Below are positions 37,960 through 48,490 of a stretch of 64,000 nucleotides of DNA, in pieces; the first letter of the stretch is position 1, and each line of letters opens with the position of its first letter. The notes below the pieces were generated by a model. The model made no database searches. It had not been told where the DNA came from and worked only from the letters and a program-made list of their open reading frames with translations. This DNA comes from an uncultured Rhizobiaceae bacterium (GTDB lineage Bacteria; Pseudomonadota; Alphaproteobacteria; UBA828): assembly GCA_964429775.1 (NCBI GenBank), contig CAYSDJ010000001.1, positions 157,615-221,614 of the forward strand, in the 5' to 3' direction. Both the position numbers and the translations under genes were made by a program.

Positions 37960-38975
37960 GCCGAGCGCTCCGCCGCCATGATATCGGCCTCGCGGATCGG
38001 CTCGTCCGCCGCACGCGCGACCTTGAGGCGTTGGCCGATCGGCGATTGCGCAGCGGAAAGCCCCGTCGCCGGGCGCTTGAGGCATACATCGCCGGCTGCC
38101 AACACGGCGCCCGCCTCCAGATCCGCCACCGCGTGCCAACTCTTGCGCGCCACGGCGGCAACTTCCAGTTCCGCCGCGCTCGGCGCCTTCACGCCATCGC
38201 CAAGCGCCAGCGCCGTGGCGCGCAGCCGCGCGCTCATGGCGGCAAATTCCGCCGGCTCCAAGGACGCCGCATGGTCGGGGCCGGGAAGGCTGCGGTCCAT
38301 TGTCAGATGCTTCTCGATCACCGAGGCGCCGAGCGCCACGGCAGCGACCGCCACGTGATCGCCGAGGGTGTGATCGGAATAGCCGACCGCAACATCGAAA
38401 CTATCGCGCAAAGTTTGCATGGCGCGGAGATTGACGCTTTCCATCGGCGCCGGATAAAGCGAGGTGCAATGCAGCAATGTGATGTCGCCGGCGCCGTTTT
38501 GGCGCAGTGTCTCAACGGCAAGGCGTACTTCTTCGAGCGTCGCCATGCCGGTCGACAACAGCACCGGTAGGCCGCTCGCCGCGACATGCGCCAGGGCCGG
38601 CAAATTGTTGAGCTCCCCCGACGCCACCTTGATGCGCCGCATGCCCATTTCCACCAGCGCATCGATCATCGCCGGGTCGAACGCCGTGCAGAGAAATTCG
38701 ATATCGCGCGCATGGCAATGCTCGGCGAGCCCGGCCAATTGATCGAACGATAACTCAAGGCGCTCGAGCATCGCGCGTTGCTCGCCAAGGCCGGTATTTT
38801 GTTTTTGATAAGCGGCGGTCGGCGCGTCATCGGCGACCAGGTCACGGCTGCGGAAGGCCTGGAATTTGACGATATCGGCACCCGCTTCGGCTGCCGCGTC
38901 GACCAACGCCATGGCGCGGCCAAATTCACCATTATGATTGACGCCCGCCTCGGCGATAATTTGCACGGCCCTCAT
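37956..38975 (-). CDS. neuB: Nonulosonic acid synthase (NeuB/LegI)
   Basis: IIAEAGVNHNG, VKFQ, LSTGMA, GYSDHTLG, IEKHLT, GPDHAASLEP. Confidence 0.9.
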   Translation of the reverse strand: MRAVQIIAEAGVNHNGEFGRAMALVDAAAEAGADIVKFQAFRSRDLVADDAPTAAYQKQNTGLGEQRAMLERLELSFDQLAGLAEHCHARDIEFLCTAFDPAMIDALVEMGMRRIKVASGELNNLPALAHVAASGLPVLLSTGMATLEEVRLAVETLRQNGAGDITLLHCTSLYPAPMESVNLRAMQTLRDSFDVAVGYSDHTLGDHVAVAAVALGASVIEKHLTMDRSLPGPDHAASLEPAEFAAMSARLRATALALGDGVKAPSAAELEVAAVARKSWHAVADLEAGAVLAAGDVCLKRPATGLSAAQSPIGQRLKVARAADEPIREADIMAAERSA

Positions 38976-39559
38976 GCCGTCCCGCCGCTCGCCTGAGAGA
39001 GACTGTTCGCCGCCAGCAATTCGCCGTCGCCAACCTCGACTTGCGGCAACACGATCGCACCGGCGCCGATCATGGCGCAGCGGCCGACCGTAACGCCGCC
39101 GAGAAGCACCGCGCGCGGCGCCAGGTGGCTGCCGGCGCCGAGATGTGAATCATGCTCGACAATGGCGCCGCTATTGACGATGGCGGCACGCCCGATCACA
39201 GCGCCGGGCTGGACAACCGCGCCGGCAAGAATAATCGCGCCTTCCTCGATTTGCGCCGACGGGCTGACATGGGCCGCGGGATGGCGCACCGGCGGCGCCG
39301 TGCGGCCCGAGGCGAGATAGCGCTCGAACAGCGAAAAGCGGCACTTAAGCGCGTCGGACGTGACGCCTCCCACACCCAAGACGAAACTTGCTGGCTCGGC
39401 CGATTGCAGCGCTGTCTCATCATCGTCAATGCGCTGGGCAGCCAGCCACGGTGCTGCCGCGCTGTCGACATAAGCCATCAGCGCATGGCTTTCCAGCGCC
39501 TCGACAATCGCTTTGGCATGGCCGCCGGCACCGACCAACAGAATGTCGCTGTCACTCAT
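38972..39559 (-). CDS. neuD: NeuD/PglD/LegH-family acetyltransferase
   Basis: GAGGHAK, HPAAHVS, IVNSGAIVEHD hexapeptide repeats. Confidence 0.85.
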   Translation of the reverse strand: MSDSDILLVGAGGHAKAIVEALESHALMAYVDSAAAPWLAAQRIDDDETALQSAEPASFVLGVGGVTSDALKCRFSLFERYLASGRTAPPVRHPAAHVSPSAQIEEGAIILAGAVVQPGAVIGRAAIVNSGAIVEHDSHLGAGSHLAPRAVLLGGVTVGRCAMIGAGAIVLPQVEVGDGELLAANSLSQASGGTA

Positions 39560-40667
39560 TTCGCCACGCACCAAGCGCCGCAATAACCCGGGCCTGATCT
39601 TCGGATGACAACGAGCTTGACGACGGCAAGACGACAACACGGCCCGAGATAGCGCGCGAGACGCCGCTTAATTGCCGCGGGCAATCGGCATAAGGTGTTT
39701 GGCCAGAGAGTGACAGCCAAAAAATCGACGAATCGATCGCCTGCGCGGCAAGATGGGCAACCAGACTGTCGGCGGCATCGGCGGAGGGACACAGAACGGC
39801 ATAGAGCCAATAGCTACTGAGCGCCCAGTCGCAGCGCGGCATGGGCATGAGGTCGCCGCGCCCGGCCAGCGCCTGGTCATAGGCCATGGCCAAGCTGCGC
39901 TTGGCGGCGAGCATATCACCAAGCCGTTCGAGTTGGGCCAAGCCGACGGCGGCATTGAGATTTGTCATGCGATAATTGAACGCCACTTCATCATGGCGGT
40001 AGGCCGAGGTCTCACGCGCCTGCGCGCTAAGCCGGCGCATACGCGCCGCCGCCGTGCCATCATCGGTAACGATCATGCCGCCACCGCCGGCGGTAACCGT
40101 CTTGTTGCCGTTAAAGCTAAACACGGCGAAATCGCCAAACCCGCCCACCGGGCGCCCTTGATAACAAGCGCCAAGCGCGCCTGCCGCATCTTCAATCAGT
40201 GCAACGCCGGCCTCGTGACAGATGGCGACAAGTGGCGTCATTTCTGCCGGATGGCCGAGTGCATGGACCGCGATGACAGCGCGAATGCGGTGCTCCGGCT
40301 GCTGCAATAATTGGCGCACCGCCGTCGTATCGAGGGTCCAGCTGTCGTCTGTGATATCGGCGAAGTATGGCTCCGCGCCGGCATGGAAAACGGCGTTGGC
40401 ACTGGCGGCAAAGGTCCAATCCGGCAGCAACACCCGGTCGCCCGGGCCGACGCCGGCGGCGAGCAGCGCCAGATGCAGGCCCGCCGTGCCATTGACTGTC
40501 GCGACGCCATGGGCGGTGCCGGTAATTTCAGCCACGCGGCGTTCCATGTCGCTCACAAACGGCCCCGCCGAGGAGACCCAATTGTCGGCCACACAGCGCG
40601 CCAGATAGGCCGCTTCATTGCCGCGTAAATCGGGTACGGCAAGAGGAATAGGGGCGATAGCGCTCAA
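39552..40667 (-). CDS. legC: LegC-type aminotransferase
   Basis: WVSSAG, NGTAGLH, EDAAGALG, SFNGNKTVTAGGGG, NYRMTNLNAA. Confidence 0.8.
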   Translation of the reverse strand: MSAIAPIPLAVPDLRGNEAAYLARCVADNWVSSAGPFVSDMERRVAEITGTAHGVATVNGTAGLHLALLAAGVGPGDRVLLPDWTFAASANAVFHAGAEPYFADITDDSWTLDTTAVRQLLQQPEHRIRAVIAVHALGHPAEMTPLVAICHEAGVALIEDAAGALGACYQGRPVGGFGDFAVFSFNGNKTVTAGGGGMIVTDDGTAAARMRRLSAQARETSAYRHDEVAFNYRMTNLNAAVGLAQLERLGDMLAAKRSLAMAYDQALAGRGDLMPMPRCDWALSSYWLYAVLCPSADAADSLVAHLAAQAIDSSIFWLSLSGQTPYADCPRQLSGVSRAISGRVVVLPSSSSLSSEDQARVIAALGAWRNE

Positions 40668-41695
40668 GCGCCGTTCTCCGCATTGGCCCGGACCAGATCA
40701 TCGGGCTGACCAACATCGCGCCAATATTCATGCAGGGGAAAGAGACCGACCCGGAGGCCTTCGCGGCGTCCGGCCTCGAGAAGTTCCGGCATGTCGACCG
40801 CGCGGCCACGCGGTGTCAAGGCAACAAATTCTGGCGACAGCATGTAAATGCCGGCGGCGACAAAATAGGAATTTGTCGGCTTTTCCTCGATGCCGGAAAA
40901 TAAGCCGTCTTCGCCGAGGCGCAACACACCAAAAGGTATGTGGACGTTATAGCGTGATACCGCGACGGTACCGTCATGGTCATGCTCGGCATGAAAATTG
41001 CGCAGATGGGCGAAATCCACGCGCGACACCACATCGCCATTGACGACAATTGTCGTTTCATCCGCCGCGCCGGGCATCAATGTCAGTGCGCCGACCGTGC
41101 CAAGCGGCTCCGGCTCATGGATGAAATTAATGTCAGCCCGGTTGGCGCGCGCCGCGACGAACGCCTCCACCTGCTCGGCGCGATAATGCACAGCGATGGT
41201 GATGGCCTCGACGCCACCATCCTCGAGTTGAGCCAACAGGCGATCGAGAATGGGCCGTTCGCCGACAGGCAAAAGGGGTTTCGGAACATCACGGGTCTGG
41301 GCGCCGAGGCGCTTGCCGAAACCGCCGGCCATCACCAGGGCACGGCTCGCCAAGGGCGCACGAGCCTGAATAAGTACCTGTTGAATACGCCCTTCAGCAT
41401 CAACGATGGGCAGGAATTCGGCACCCCGCAGCTTATCGCGGTTGGCGGCGGTATCTCCGGACTGGCCGACGATAGGCGCCCCGTTCATGCAATTTTTCAC
41501 ACTGTCTTCGAGCGTGACTTCCTTCAGCATGGCGCGGCGCACGTCACCATCGGTCACGGTACCGACCACCCGGCGGTCGGTGTCGATAACGATCTGAAAG
41601 ACATGCGAGCGGTCATTATTAAGCCGGCTCAACGCCTCGCGAATCGTTGTCTCCGGCGCGCAGACGAGATAATCCAGGTCGCTAACCCGTATCAT
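40664..41695 (-). CDS. CBS-domain sugar-1-phosphate nucleotidyltransferase (PtmE-like)
   Basis: GTVTDGDVRR CBS pair, MAGGFGKRL...PKPLL, EPLGTVG, YWRDVG. Confidence 0.85.
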   Translation of the reverse strand: MIRVSDLDYLVCAPETTIREALSRLNNDRSHVFQIVIDTDRRVVGTVTDGDVRRAMLKEVTLEDSVKNCMNGAPIVGQSGDTAANRDKLRGAEFLPIVDAEGRIQQVLIQARAPLASRALVMAGGFGKRLGAQTRDVPKPLLPVGERPILDRLLAQLEDGGVEAITIAVHYRAEQVEAFVAARANRADINFIHEPEPLGTVGALTLMPGAADETTIVVNGDVVSRVDFAHLRNFHAEHDHDGTVAVSRYNVHIPFGVLRLGEDGLFSGIEEKPTNSYFVAAGIYMLSPEFVALTPRGRAVDMPELLEAGRREGLRVGLFPLHEYWRDVGQPDDLVRANAENGA

Positions 41696-41740
41696 GACCG
41701 GCTTTCGAAACGCTTTTGAGGGAGTGCGGTAGACATCAAA

Positions 41741-42304
41741 TTAGAACGACGAGTTGGGCTCGCTCAGGAAGGCAATTTCCTCGGCCGTGCTGTCGCGGCC
41801 GAGTACCGCGTTGCGATGCGGAAAGCGGCCGAAGCGGACGATGATTTCCTGATGGCGCAGGGTGTATTCGAAGGTCTTGTCATCTTCGAGCGTGCGGAAC
41901 AGTTCGACCGAGCGCGCTTGGTCCGCAAGGTTTTCGCTGTGCTGCAGGGGCATATAGAGGAAGCGCCGCTCGTCCGCATTCATGCCGCTATCGAAGCCGC
42001 GCGCCAGCGCGTGATCCATAACCTCGCGCGCCTGGTTGTCCGCAGCAAAGGCGCGCGCATCATCGCGAAAGAGATTGCGCGAGAATTGATCGAGCAGGAT
42101 GATCTCAGCGAGACAACCGCCCGGCGTCTCGCGCCACTCAGAGAGCGCACCGGCCACCGCCCTTTCGTGCAAAGCCGAAAATCTGCCGCGAATCTCATCG
42201 TCCAAGTCATCATCGCGCACGAACCATTTATCGGGGCCGACCTGCAAAAGCCAGAAATCGAGCACGGCGCGAATTTCGGTGTTTTCGGCTGATGAATGGC
42301 TCAT
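41741..42304 (-). CDS. DUF924 family protein
   Basis: LAEIILLDQFSRNLFR, FLYMPLQHSE, RFGRFPHRNAVLGR. Confidence 0.9.
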   Translation of the reverse strand: MSHSSAENTEIRAVLDFWLLQVGPDKWFVRDDDLDDEIRGRFSALHERAVAGALSEWRETPGGCLAEIILLDQFSRNLFRDDARAFAADNQAREVMDHALARGFDSGMNADERRFLYMPLQHSENLADQARSVELFRTLEDDKTFEYTLRHQEIIVRFGRFPHRNAVLGRDSTAEEIAFLSEPNSSF

Positions 42305-42654
42305 GCCGTGTGCCCGGAGCGAATAGAAAGGGTTTCGAGCAAAGCGAAATGGCGCCGTAGTGCGCCGGCAATTAAGCCAATCAACGGCAAGGCGATTATC
42401 GTCGAGATCAAGCGGCGCAATCTGAACGAGCCGTCATAATAGCTCGGATTGGTCACCGATTTCAGCCGCTCCAAGGTCAAATCCTGGCAGCTGCCGATGT
42501 GCCGTTTGAGCGCGCGGCGATGGAACCATGGCCAGCGCAAGCGGAGGTGGTCGGGAATTGGCGCGCCGAACAGACCACCCAACGCGCGGTGCAGCGGCCC
42601 GTCGCCCACTTCACGCGGCCTTTTGTTGGCTGCATTGATCTCCGCCCAGCTCAT
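42301..42654 (-). CDS. Hypothetical protein, possibly a gene remnant
   Basis: 117 aa, ATGA-coupled at both ends, one hydrophobic segment, no recognised family. Confidence 0.45.
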   Translation of the reverse strand: MSWAEINAANKRPREVGDGPLHRALGGLFGAPIPDHLRLRWPWFHRRALKRHIGSCQDLTLERLKSVTNPSYYDGSFRLRRLISTIIALPLIGLIAGALRRHFALLETLSIRSGHTA

Positions 42655-43745
42655 CCCGACACGAGCCCAGTGGACGGATTGGAAGCAGGTGTGATATGAG
42701 CGCGGCCATGATCGGGACCAATAACGGCCTTGACGGCAAGCGCGTGTTTCTCACCGGCGCCGATGGGTTCATCGGCTCGCATCTGGCGGAGGCGCTGGTG
42801 CGGAGCGGCGCCAAGGTGACGGCGCTGGCGCTTTACAACTCCTTCGGCACTTGCGGCTGGCTCGACGAGGTCGGCGAAGATGTGCGCGCCGAAATGCATA
42901 TCGAACTCGGCGATGTGCGCGACGGCGCGCAGATGCGCAGCTTCGCCGAAGGCAGCGATATCATCTTTCACCTCGCTGCCCTGATCGCCATTCCCTATTC
43001 CTACGTCGCTGCTGCTTCCTGCGTCGATGTCAATGTTCACGGCACGCTCAATATGCTCGAGGCGGCGCGCGCCGGCACCGCCGGTCGCTTCATCCACACT
43101 TCGACGAGCGAGGTTTACGGCTCTGCGCTTCAACGGCCGATCAGCGAGGACCATCCCCTGCACGGGCAATCGCCCTATGCCGCGAGCAAGATCGGCGCCG
43201 ACCAGATGGTCGAGGCTTTCGCCCGCTCGCACGACACACCCGCCGTCACGCTGCGGCCGTTCAACACCTTCGGGCCGCGCCAAAGCGAGCGCGCGATCAT
43301 CCCGACTGCGATCCGCCAGATGCTCGACCCGGCCTGCGCCGAGATCCGCCTCGGCGATCTCAGCACGACGCGTGATTTCACCTTTGTCGGCGATACGGTG
43401 CGTGCCTTCATGGCGCTTGGTGCGGCTGAGGATGCGGAGTTCGGCACCGTCTACAATGCCGGCACCGGCGTCGAAACCGAGATCGGCGCGGTCATCAACT
43501 TGCTCAATGAGTTGACCGGCAACAACAAAGCGATCGTTGCCGAGAGCGCCCGCCTGCGCCCGGAAAATTCCGAGGTGCGCGCCCTGGTCGCCGATGCGAC
43601 GCGCCTCGGCGCGCTCTCCGGCTGGCGCCCCGAGACCGACCTTCATGCCGGTCTCGGCCATTGCGTCGACTGGTGGCGCGAGCGCATCGCGAGCGGCCGG
43701 CAACGCCGCGACACGGATTTCGCGCGTTAAATTCTTGGCCTTCAT
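42651..43745 (-). other. Candidate bridge ORF antisense to legB
   Basis: ATG overlaps the rmlA stop (43742-43745); TGA overlaps the next ATG (42651-42654); no protein motifs. Confidence 0.35.
42696..43730 (+). CDS. legB: NDP-GlcNAc 4,6-dehydratase, LegB-type, inverted relative to its neighbours
   Basis: TGADGFIGSHL, YNSFG, HLAALIAIPYSY, TSTSEVYG, QSPYAASK, RPFNTFGPRQSERA. Confidence 0.88.
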   Translation: MSAAMIGTNNGLDGKRVFLTGADGFIGSHLAEALVRSGAKVTALALYNSFGTCGWLDEVGEDVRAEMHIELGDVRDGAQMRSFAEGSDIIFHLAALIAIPYSYVAAASCVDVNVHGTLNMLEAARAGTAGRFIHTSTSEVYGSALQRPISEDHPLHGQSPYAASKIGADQMVEAFARSHDTPAVTLRPFNTFGPRQSERAIIPTAIRQMLDPACAEIRLGDLSTTRDFTFVGDTVRAFMALGAAEDAEFGTVYNAGTGVETEIGAVINLLNELTGNNKAIVAESARLRPENSEVRALVADATRLGALSGWRPETDLHAGLGHCVDWWRERIASGRQRRDTDFAR

Positions 43746-44683
43746 TCCGGCCCCTTGCCGGCAACGTCGCGCGGCGATGCCTGCACGTCGTCGCTGAGAT
43801 AGGCGCTTGCGCCGTCGCCGAGAGAAGCGAGATAGCGGCCATAATCGCTGCCCGACATTTCCGCCGCCAACTCGGCAAGCCGCGCGGCATCGATCAAACC
43901 GCGGCGGAAGGCAATTTCCTCCGGACAGGCAATCTTGAGGCCCTGCCGGTTTTCAACCGTGGCAACGAAATTACCGGCTTCGAGCAGTGATTCATGGGTG
44001 CCCATGTCGAGCCAGGCGACGCCCCGGCCGAGCACATTGACACGCAATCCGCCTTCTTCGAGATAGGCCTGATTGATGCTGGTGATTTCCAATTCACCAC
44101 GCGCCGAGGGTTCGATGCTGCGCACCATGTCGCACACCCGGCTGTCGTAATAATAGAGCCCGGTCACGGCATAGGATGAGCGCGGCGCCTCGGGTTTTTC
44201 CTCGATGCTGACCACGGCGCCCGATTCGTCAAATTCAACAACGCCATAGGCTTCCGGCTGCTTGACGTAATAGGCAAAGAGATTGGCGGTGGCATATTCC
44301 ATGCGCGCCGCCTGACGCAGCATACGGCCAAAACCTTCGCCATAATAAATATTGTCGCCGAGGATGAGGGCGACCGATTCGCCGGCGATGAAATCCTCGC
44401 CGATAATGAAGGCCTCGGCGATGCCGCGCGGCGCGGCCTGGGTCGCGTAGCGCAGCGAGATTCCCCATTGGGAGCCGTCGCCGAGCAAGGACTCGAACAA
44501 TTGCCGCTCCTCGGGCCGGGTGATGATCAGAATGTCGGCGATGTCGGCCAGCATCAAGGTGCTGAGCGGGTAATAGATCATCGGTTTGTCATATACCGGC
44601 AGCAATTGTTTGCTGACACTGCGCGTGGTCGGCGCCAGGCGGGTGCCGCTGCCGCCGGCCAAAATGATGCCTTTTCTGATCAT
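43742..44683 (-). CDS. rmlA: Glucose-1-phosphate thymidylyltransferase
   Basis: [44 protein letters not shown]. Confidence 0.95.
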   Translation of the reverse strand: MIRKGIILAGGSGTRLAPTTRSVSKQLLPVYDKPMIYYPLSTLMLADIADILIITRPEERQLFESLLGDGSQWGISLRYATQAAPRGIAEAFIIGEDFIAGESVALILGDNIYYGEGFGRMLRQAARMEYATANLFAYYVKQPEAYGVVEFDESGAVVSIEEKPEAPRSSYAVTGLYYYDSRVCDMVRSIEPSARGELEITSINQAYLEEGGLRVNVLGRGVAWLDMGTHESLLEAGNFVATVENRQGLKIACPEEIAFRRGLIDAARLAELAAEMSGSDYGRYLASLGDGASAYLSDDVQASPRDVAGKGPE

Positions 44684-45786
44684 CCGCTGCCCCCCACGTC
44701 GCCGATCAAGCCGAGCCGTTCGCCGCGATAGCTGCCGTCGCGCACGCGTCCGCACCATGCGCTATTCTCAAGATACCACCGCACGGTTTTTTCCAGGCCG
44801 GTCTCAAAACTCTCGGCCGGCCGCCAGTTCAGCTCCCCGGCAATGCTTGCGATATCGATGGCATAGCGCCGGTCATGTCCGGGCCGGTCTGCAACGAAGG
44901 TGATGAGATCGCGGTAGGATCCTGCGCCCTTGCCCGGCGCCATGCGGTCCAACAGATTGCAAATGCGTTCGACCACGGCGATATTGGCGTGCTCGGCCTC
45001 GCCGCCGATGCAGTAAACCCGGCCCGGCGTACCGTCTTGCAGCACCCGCCAAAGTGCTGTCGCATGATCATCGACATAGAGCCAGTCGCGCACCTGCTGG
45101 CCGTCGCCATAAACCGGCAGCGGTTTGCCTTCAAGCGCGTTTAATATACACAGCGGAATCAGCTTCTCGGGAAACTGGCAGGGGCCGTAATTATTGCTGC
45201 AATTAGTCGTCAGCACCGGCAATTCAAAGGTGCGCTGCCAGGCGCGGGCGAGATGATCCGCCGCCGCCTTGCTCGCGGCGTAGGGCGAATTGGGGCGGTA
45301 AGGGTGATCGGCGGCGAAAGGCGGCGCGTCCGGCGTGAGCGCGCCATATACCTCATCGGTCGAGACCTGGAGAAAGCGGAAGCCGCCTTGGCCGAGCGGT
45401 CGCATTGCGTCGCCAACATGTTCGCCGCAATAGGCGCGGGCGCATTCGAGCAATGTGTAGCTGCCAAGAATATTGGTCGCGATAAATTCCGCCGGGCCGT
45501 CGATCGAGCGATCGACATGCGATTCGGCGGCGAGATGCATGACCGCATCGGGGCGGTGGCTCTCGAACAGGCGCGCCATCGCCGGTGCGTCGCAAATATC
45601 GGCCTGTTCGAAGCGGTAGTTAGGCGCCGAGATGGCGTCGCCAAGCGATTCGAGATTTCCGGCATAGGTCAGCTTGTCGATATTGACCACCAGATGATCC
45701 GTCCCGCGCACCAATTGGCGCACCAGGGCCGAGCCGATAAAGCCGGCCCCGCCGCTGACCAAAATCGTCAAGGGCCGGGCCGTCAT
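44680..45786 (-). CDS. rmlB: dTDP-glucose 4,6-dehydratase
   Basis: [53 protein letters not shown]. Confidence 0.95.
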   Translation of the reverse strand: MTARPLTILVSGGAGFIGSALVRQLVRGTDHLVVNIDKLTYAGNLESLGDAISAPNYRFEQADICDAPAMARLFESHRPDAVMHLAAESHVDRSIDGPAEFIATNILGSYTLLECARAYCGEHVGDAMRPLGQGGFRFLQVSTDEVYGALTPDAPPFAADHPYRPNSPYAASKAAADHLARAWQRTFELPVLTTNCSNNYGPCQFPEKLIPLCILNALEGKPLPVYGDGQQVRDWLYVDDHATALWRVLQDGTPGRVYCIGGEAEHANIAVVERICNLLDRMAPGKGAGSYRDLITFVADRPGHDRRYAIDIASIAGELNWRPAESFETGLEKTVRWYLENSAWCGRVRDGSYRGERLGLIGDVGGSG

Positions 45787-46403
45787 GTGCCGCTCTCCGG
45801 CGAGCGCTCGACATGCAGCAAATGCGGCGTCAAGACGCGCGCCGGCGGCAGGATTTCGATGAGCCCGTCATAGACCGCCTGCGGTTCATTGAAATCGGTA
45901 ACGATGACGGCGTCGGGGCGCTCGAGCGCGCCGAACTCAGCCACCACCGGCAAATCTAGGATGTGCTCGCCATTCTCGGCGCCGGCGATTACGCCTTGCA
46001 GCACGATATCATGTTCGCGCGCCGACAGGATGGCGATCTCGGCCAGCTCGCCGGCGCCGGCCAGGGCCAAGTGCCGCCAGCCATTGGCAACGCAATGCTC
46101 GTAAATCTCGCCATATTGGTTGCGCGAACGGCGGAAGAATGTGAGCGAATCGGAGAGATATTCGGCCGTCAGGCGCGTCTTTTCGGTGAAACCCTGCGGC
46201 GTGAGGTAATAGGCGTAGCGATTGGGCGGAATTTCGCTGATTTTGATCAAACCCTTGCGCACGCAGCGGCGCACATAAGTGTTGGTCATGCCAAGCGCAA
46301 TGCCCAGTTCCTTGGCCAAAGTGCGCTGATTGACATGCTCCGATTCGCCGACGCGAACCAGAATATCGCGCATGATCTCGTCTTCGCGCGCCTTACGGCT
46401 CAT
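45783..46403 (-). CDS. EPS-associated MarR/winged-helix regulator with C-terminal Rossmann-like domain
   Basis: [38 protein letters not shown]. Confidence 0.85.
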   Translation of the reverse strand: MSRKAREDEIMRDILVRVGESEHVNQRTLAKELGIALGMTNTYVRRCVRKGLIKISEIPPNRYAYYLTPQGFTEKTRLTAEYLSDSLTFFRRSRNQYGEIYEHCVANGWRHLALAGAGELAEIAILSAREHDIVLQGVIAGAENGEHILDLPVVAEFGALERPDAVIVTDFNEPQAVYDGLIEILPPARVLTPHLLHVERSPESGT

Positions 46404-46592
46404 TTCAGGAACCTAGGTGAGCGATCATGCACGACTCTTCTGTGCGTGCGCTTATGATTCATTAACATATTGATATAATTGGAATTTCCAGACGCTACCG
46501 CCGTTCCGGGTGCAGCCATAACAGCCCGGTCGGAAGCGCTTCAGGGTGCCAAATTCCGGCCCTCACTTAGGCCCGGCGGAAGCTTCTTTTTC

Positions 46593-46678
46593 ACCGGCGT
46601 TCAAACTGTGAACGCCGGTAGTGAGCCTATCGTTCATGGATTGAACAGCGAATCAAGAAGTTTGTTCAAATATTGAAC
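46593..46678. promoter_or_regulatory. Three phased GTTCA-N5-TGAAC palindromes in the divergent marR/pepM intergenic region
   Basis: Sites at 46599-46613, 46632-46646 and 46664-46678; the first extends to an 11-bp-arm inverted repeat (46593-46619). Confidence 0.75.
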
Positions 46679-46788
46679 GCCGTGGGAAAATCACAACATA
46701 ATCGGCGCCACCGCATGCTTCGGGCATTTTCTCGCCAGATTCGGCGTGTTACGATTCCGAATCGGGTCAGACTTATAGAATTGAGCAA

Positions 46789-48477
46789 TTGATGGCGACG
46801 AAATTGGACGGCGTGCCAGGCGGAGAAGCGCCCGCGGCGGAAGCGCCGCGCTCGAAAGCGCAAATGCTGAAGCATGCGCTCGAAAAAGCGGAGCTCGCCT
46901 TCATCATGGAGGCGCATAACGGCCTCTCGGCGAAAGTGGTCGAGGAAGCCGGATTCGAAGGCATTTGGGCCTCAGGCCTCTCCATGTCGGCGGCACTCGG
47001 CGTGCGCGACAATAACGAAGCCTCCTGGACCCAGGTGCTCGAACAGCTCGAATTCATGGCCGATGCCACCGCCATCCCGATTTTGGTTGATGGCGACACG
47101 GGATATGGCAATTTCAACAATGTCCGCCGCCTGGTGAAAAAACTGTGCCAGCGCGGTATTGCCGGCGTGTGCATCGAGGACAAGCTCTTTCCCAAAACCA
47201 ACTCCTTCATCGGCGAAGGTCAACCGCTCGCCGATATGGAGGAATTTTCCGGCCGTATCAAAGCCGGCAAGGACAGCCAGGACGACGCCGATTTTCAGCT
47301 CATCGCCCGTGTCGAGGCGCTGATATCGGGATGGGGCATGGACGAGGCACTGCGCCGCGCCGAGGCCTATCACGCCGCCGGCGCCGACGGCATCCTGATC
47401 CACTCGAAAAAAGCCGACGCCGACGAAATCCTCGCCTTCAGCAAGGAATGGGCCGGGCGGGCGCCGCTGGTGATCGTACCCACCATGTATTACAGCACCC
47501 CGACCGATGCTTTCCGCCAGGCCGATATTTCGCTGGTGATCTGGGCCAACCATAATTTACGCGCGTCCTTGAGCGCCATGCGCGACACCAGCCGGCGCAT
47601 CATGGAAGAACAATCGCTGGGTTCGGTCGAGGGTGCTGTCGCCAGCGTCAAGGAAGTGTTCAATATTGTCGGCCAGGGCGAATTAGCCGCCGCCGAAGCG
47701 CGCTACCTGAAGCCCAAGGGCGGCGATCACAAGGCCATCGTACTCGCCGCCTCGCGCGGCTCGGCGCTCGGGCCGCTGACCGAACGCCTGCCCAAATGCA
47801 TGCTCGATATTCGCGGCCAGCCGCTGCTGCACCGCCTCATCACCACGCTCGGCGAAGGCGGCATCAGCGACATCAGCGTGGTGCGCGGCTACAAGAAGGA
47901 AACAATCGATCTGGCCAAGGTGCGCAACCTCGACAATGACGATTTCGCCGACAGCGGCGAAGCGGCCTCATTGGCCTGCGCGGCCGAGCAATTGGACGGC
48001 CCCGCTATCCTCTCTTACGGCGATATCCTGTTTCGCGGCCATATTCTGGAAAACCTGCTCAGCGCCGAAAGCGATATTTGCGTTGTCGTCGATGCCCGTT
48101 GGCGCGGCGGCGAAAGCCGCGCGGCGGAACGCACGGTCGATCTGGTGCAGTGCAGCCGACCCTTCACCGGCGATTATCTCGACGAAGAACCGGTGCGACT
48201 GAACGCCATCCTTTCCGGCGGCGACAGTGCGGATAATATCGGCGAGCCGTCCGGCGAATTTATCGGCTTGATAAAACTTAGCGCGCGCGGCGCCGAGCTC
48301 GTGCGGCGAGAGCTGGACGAAATGGCAGCGGACGGATCGCTCAACAAGGCCGACCTGCCGACCCTGCTCAACCGCCTGATCGCGCGCGGCGAACAGATCG
48401 AGGCGCTCTATATCACCGGCCATTGGCTGGACGTGGACGATGCCTTCGACCTGGCCAAGGCGCGCAATCTGGTCTGA
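46789..48477 (+). CDS. pepM: Phosphoenolpyruvate mutase fused to a C-terminal nucleotidyltransferase
   Basis: PepM signature [25 protein letters not shown]; C-terminal IVLAAS...PKCML, YGDILF, WLDVD. Confidence 0.93.
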   Translation: MMATKLDGVPGGEAPAAEAPRSKAQMLKHALEKAELAFIMEAHNGLSAKVVEEAGFEGIWASGLSMSAALGVRDNNEASWTQVLEQLEFMADATAIPILVDGDTGYGNFNNVRRLVKKLCQRGIAGVCIEDKLFPKTNSFIGEGQPLADMEEFSGRIKAGKDSQDDADFQLIARVEALISGWGMDEALRRAEAYHAAGADGILIHSKKADADEILAFSKEWAGRAPLVIVPTMYYSTPTDAFRQADISLVIWANHNLRASLSAMRDTSRRIMEEQSLGSVEGAVASVKEVFNIVGQGELAAAEARYLKPKGGDHKAIVLAASRGSALGPLTERLPKCMLDIRGQPLLHRLITTLGEGGISDISVVRGYKKETIDLAKVRNLDNDDFADSGEAASLACAAEQLDGPAILSYGDILFRGHILENLLSAESDICVVVDARWRGGESRAAERTVDLVQCSRPFTGDYLDEEPVRLNAILSGGDSADNIGEPSGEFIGLIKLSARGAELVRRELDEMAADGSLNKADLPTLLNRLIARGEQIEALYITGHWLDVDDAFDLAKARNLV

Positions 48478-48490
48478 TCCGGCACAGCGC

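Noticed and set aside
46593-46619. 11-bp-arm hairpin as an intrinsic terminator
   Set aside because: No U-tract follows it on either strand, and its core is the operator-like motif.
46599-46678. GTTC/GAAC sites as LexA (SOS) boxes
   Set aside because: The alphaproteobacterial LexA box is a GTTC-N7-GTTC direct repeat; these are inverted repeats beside a local regulator.
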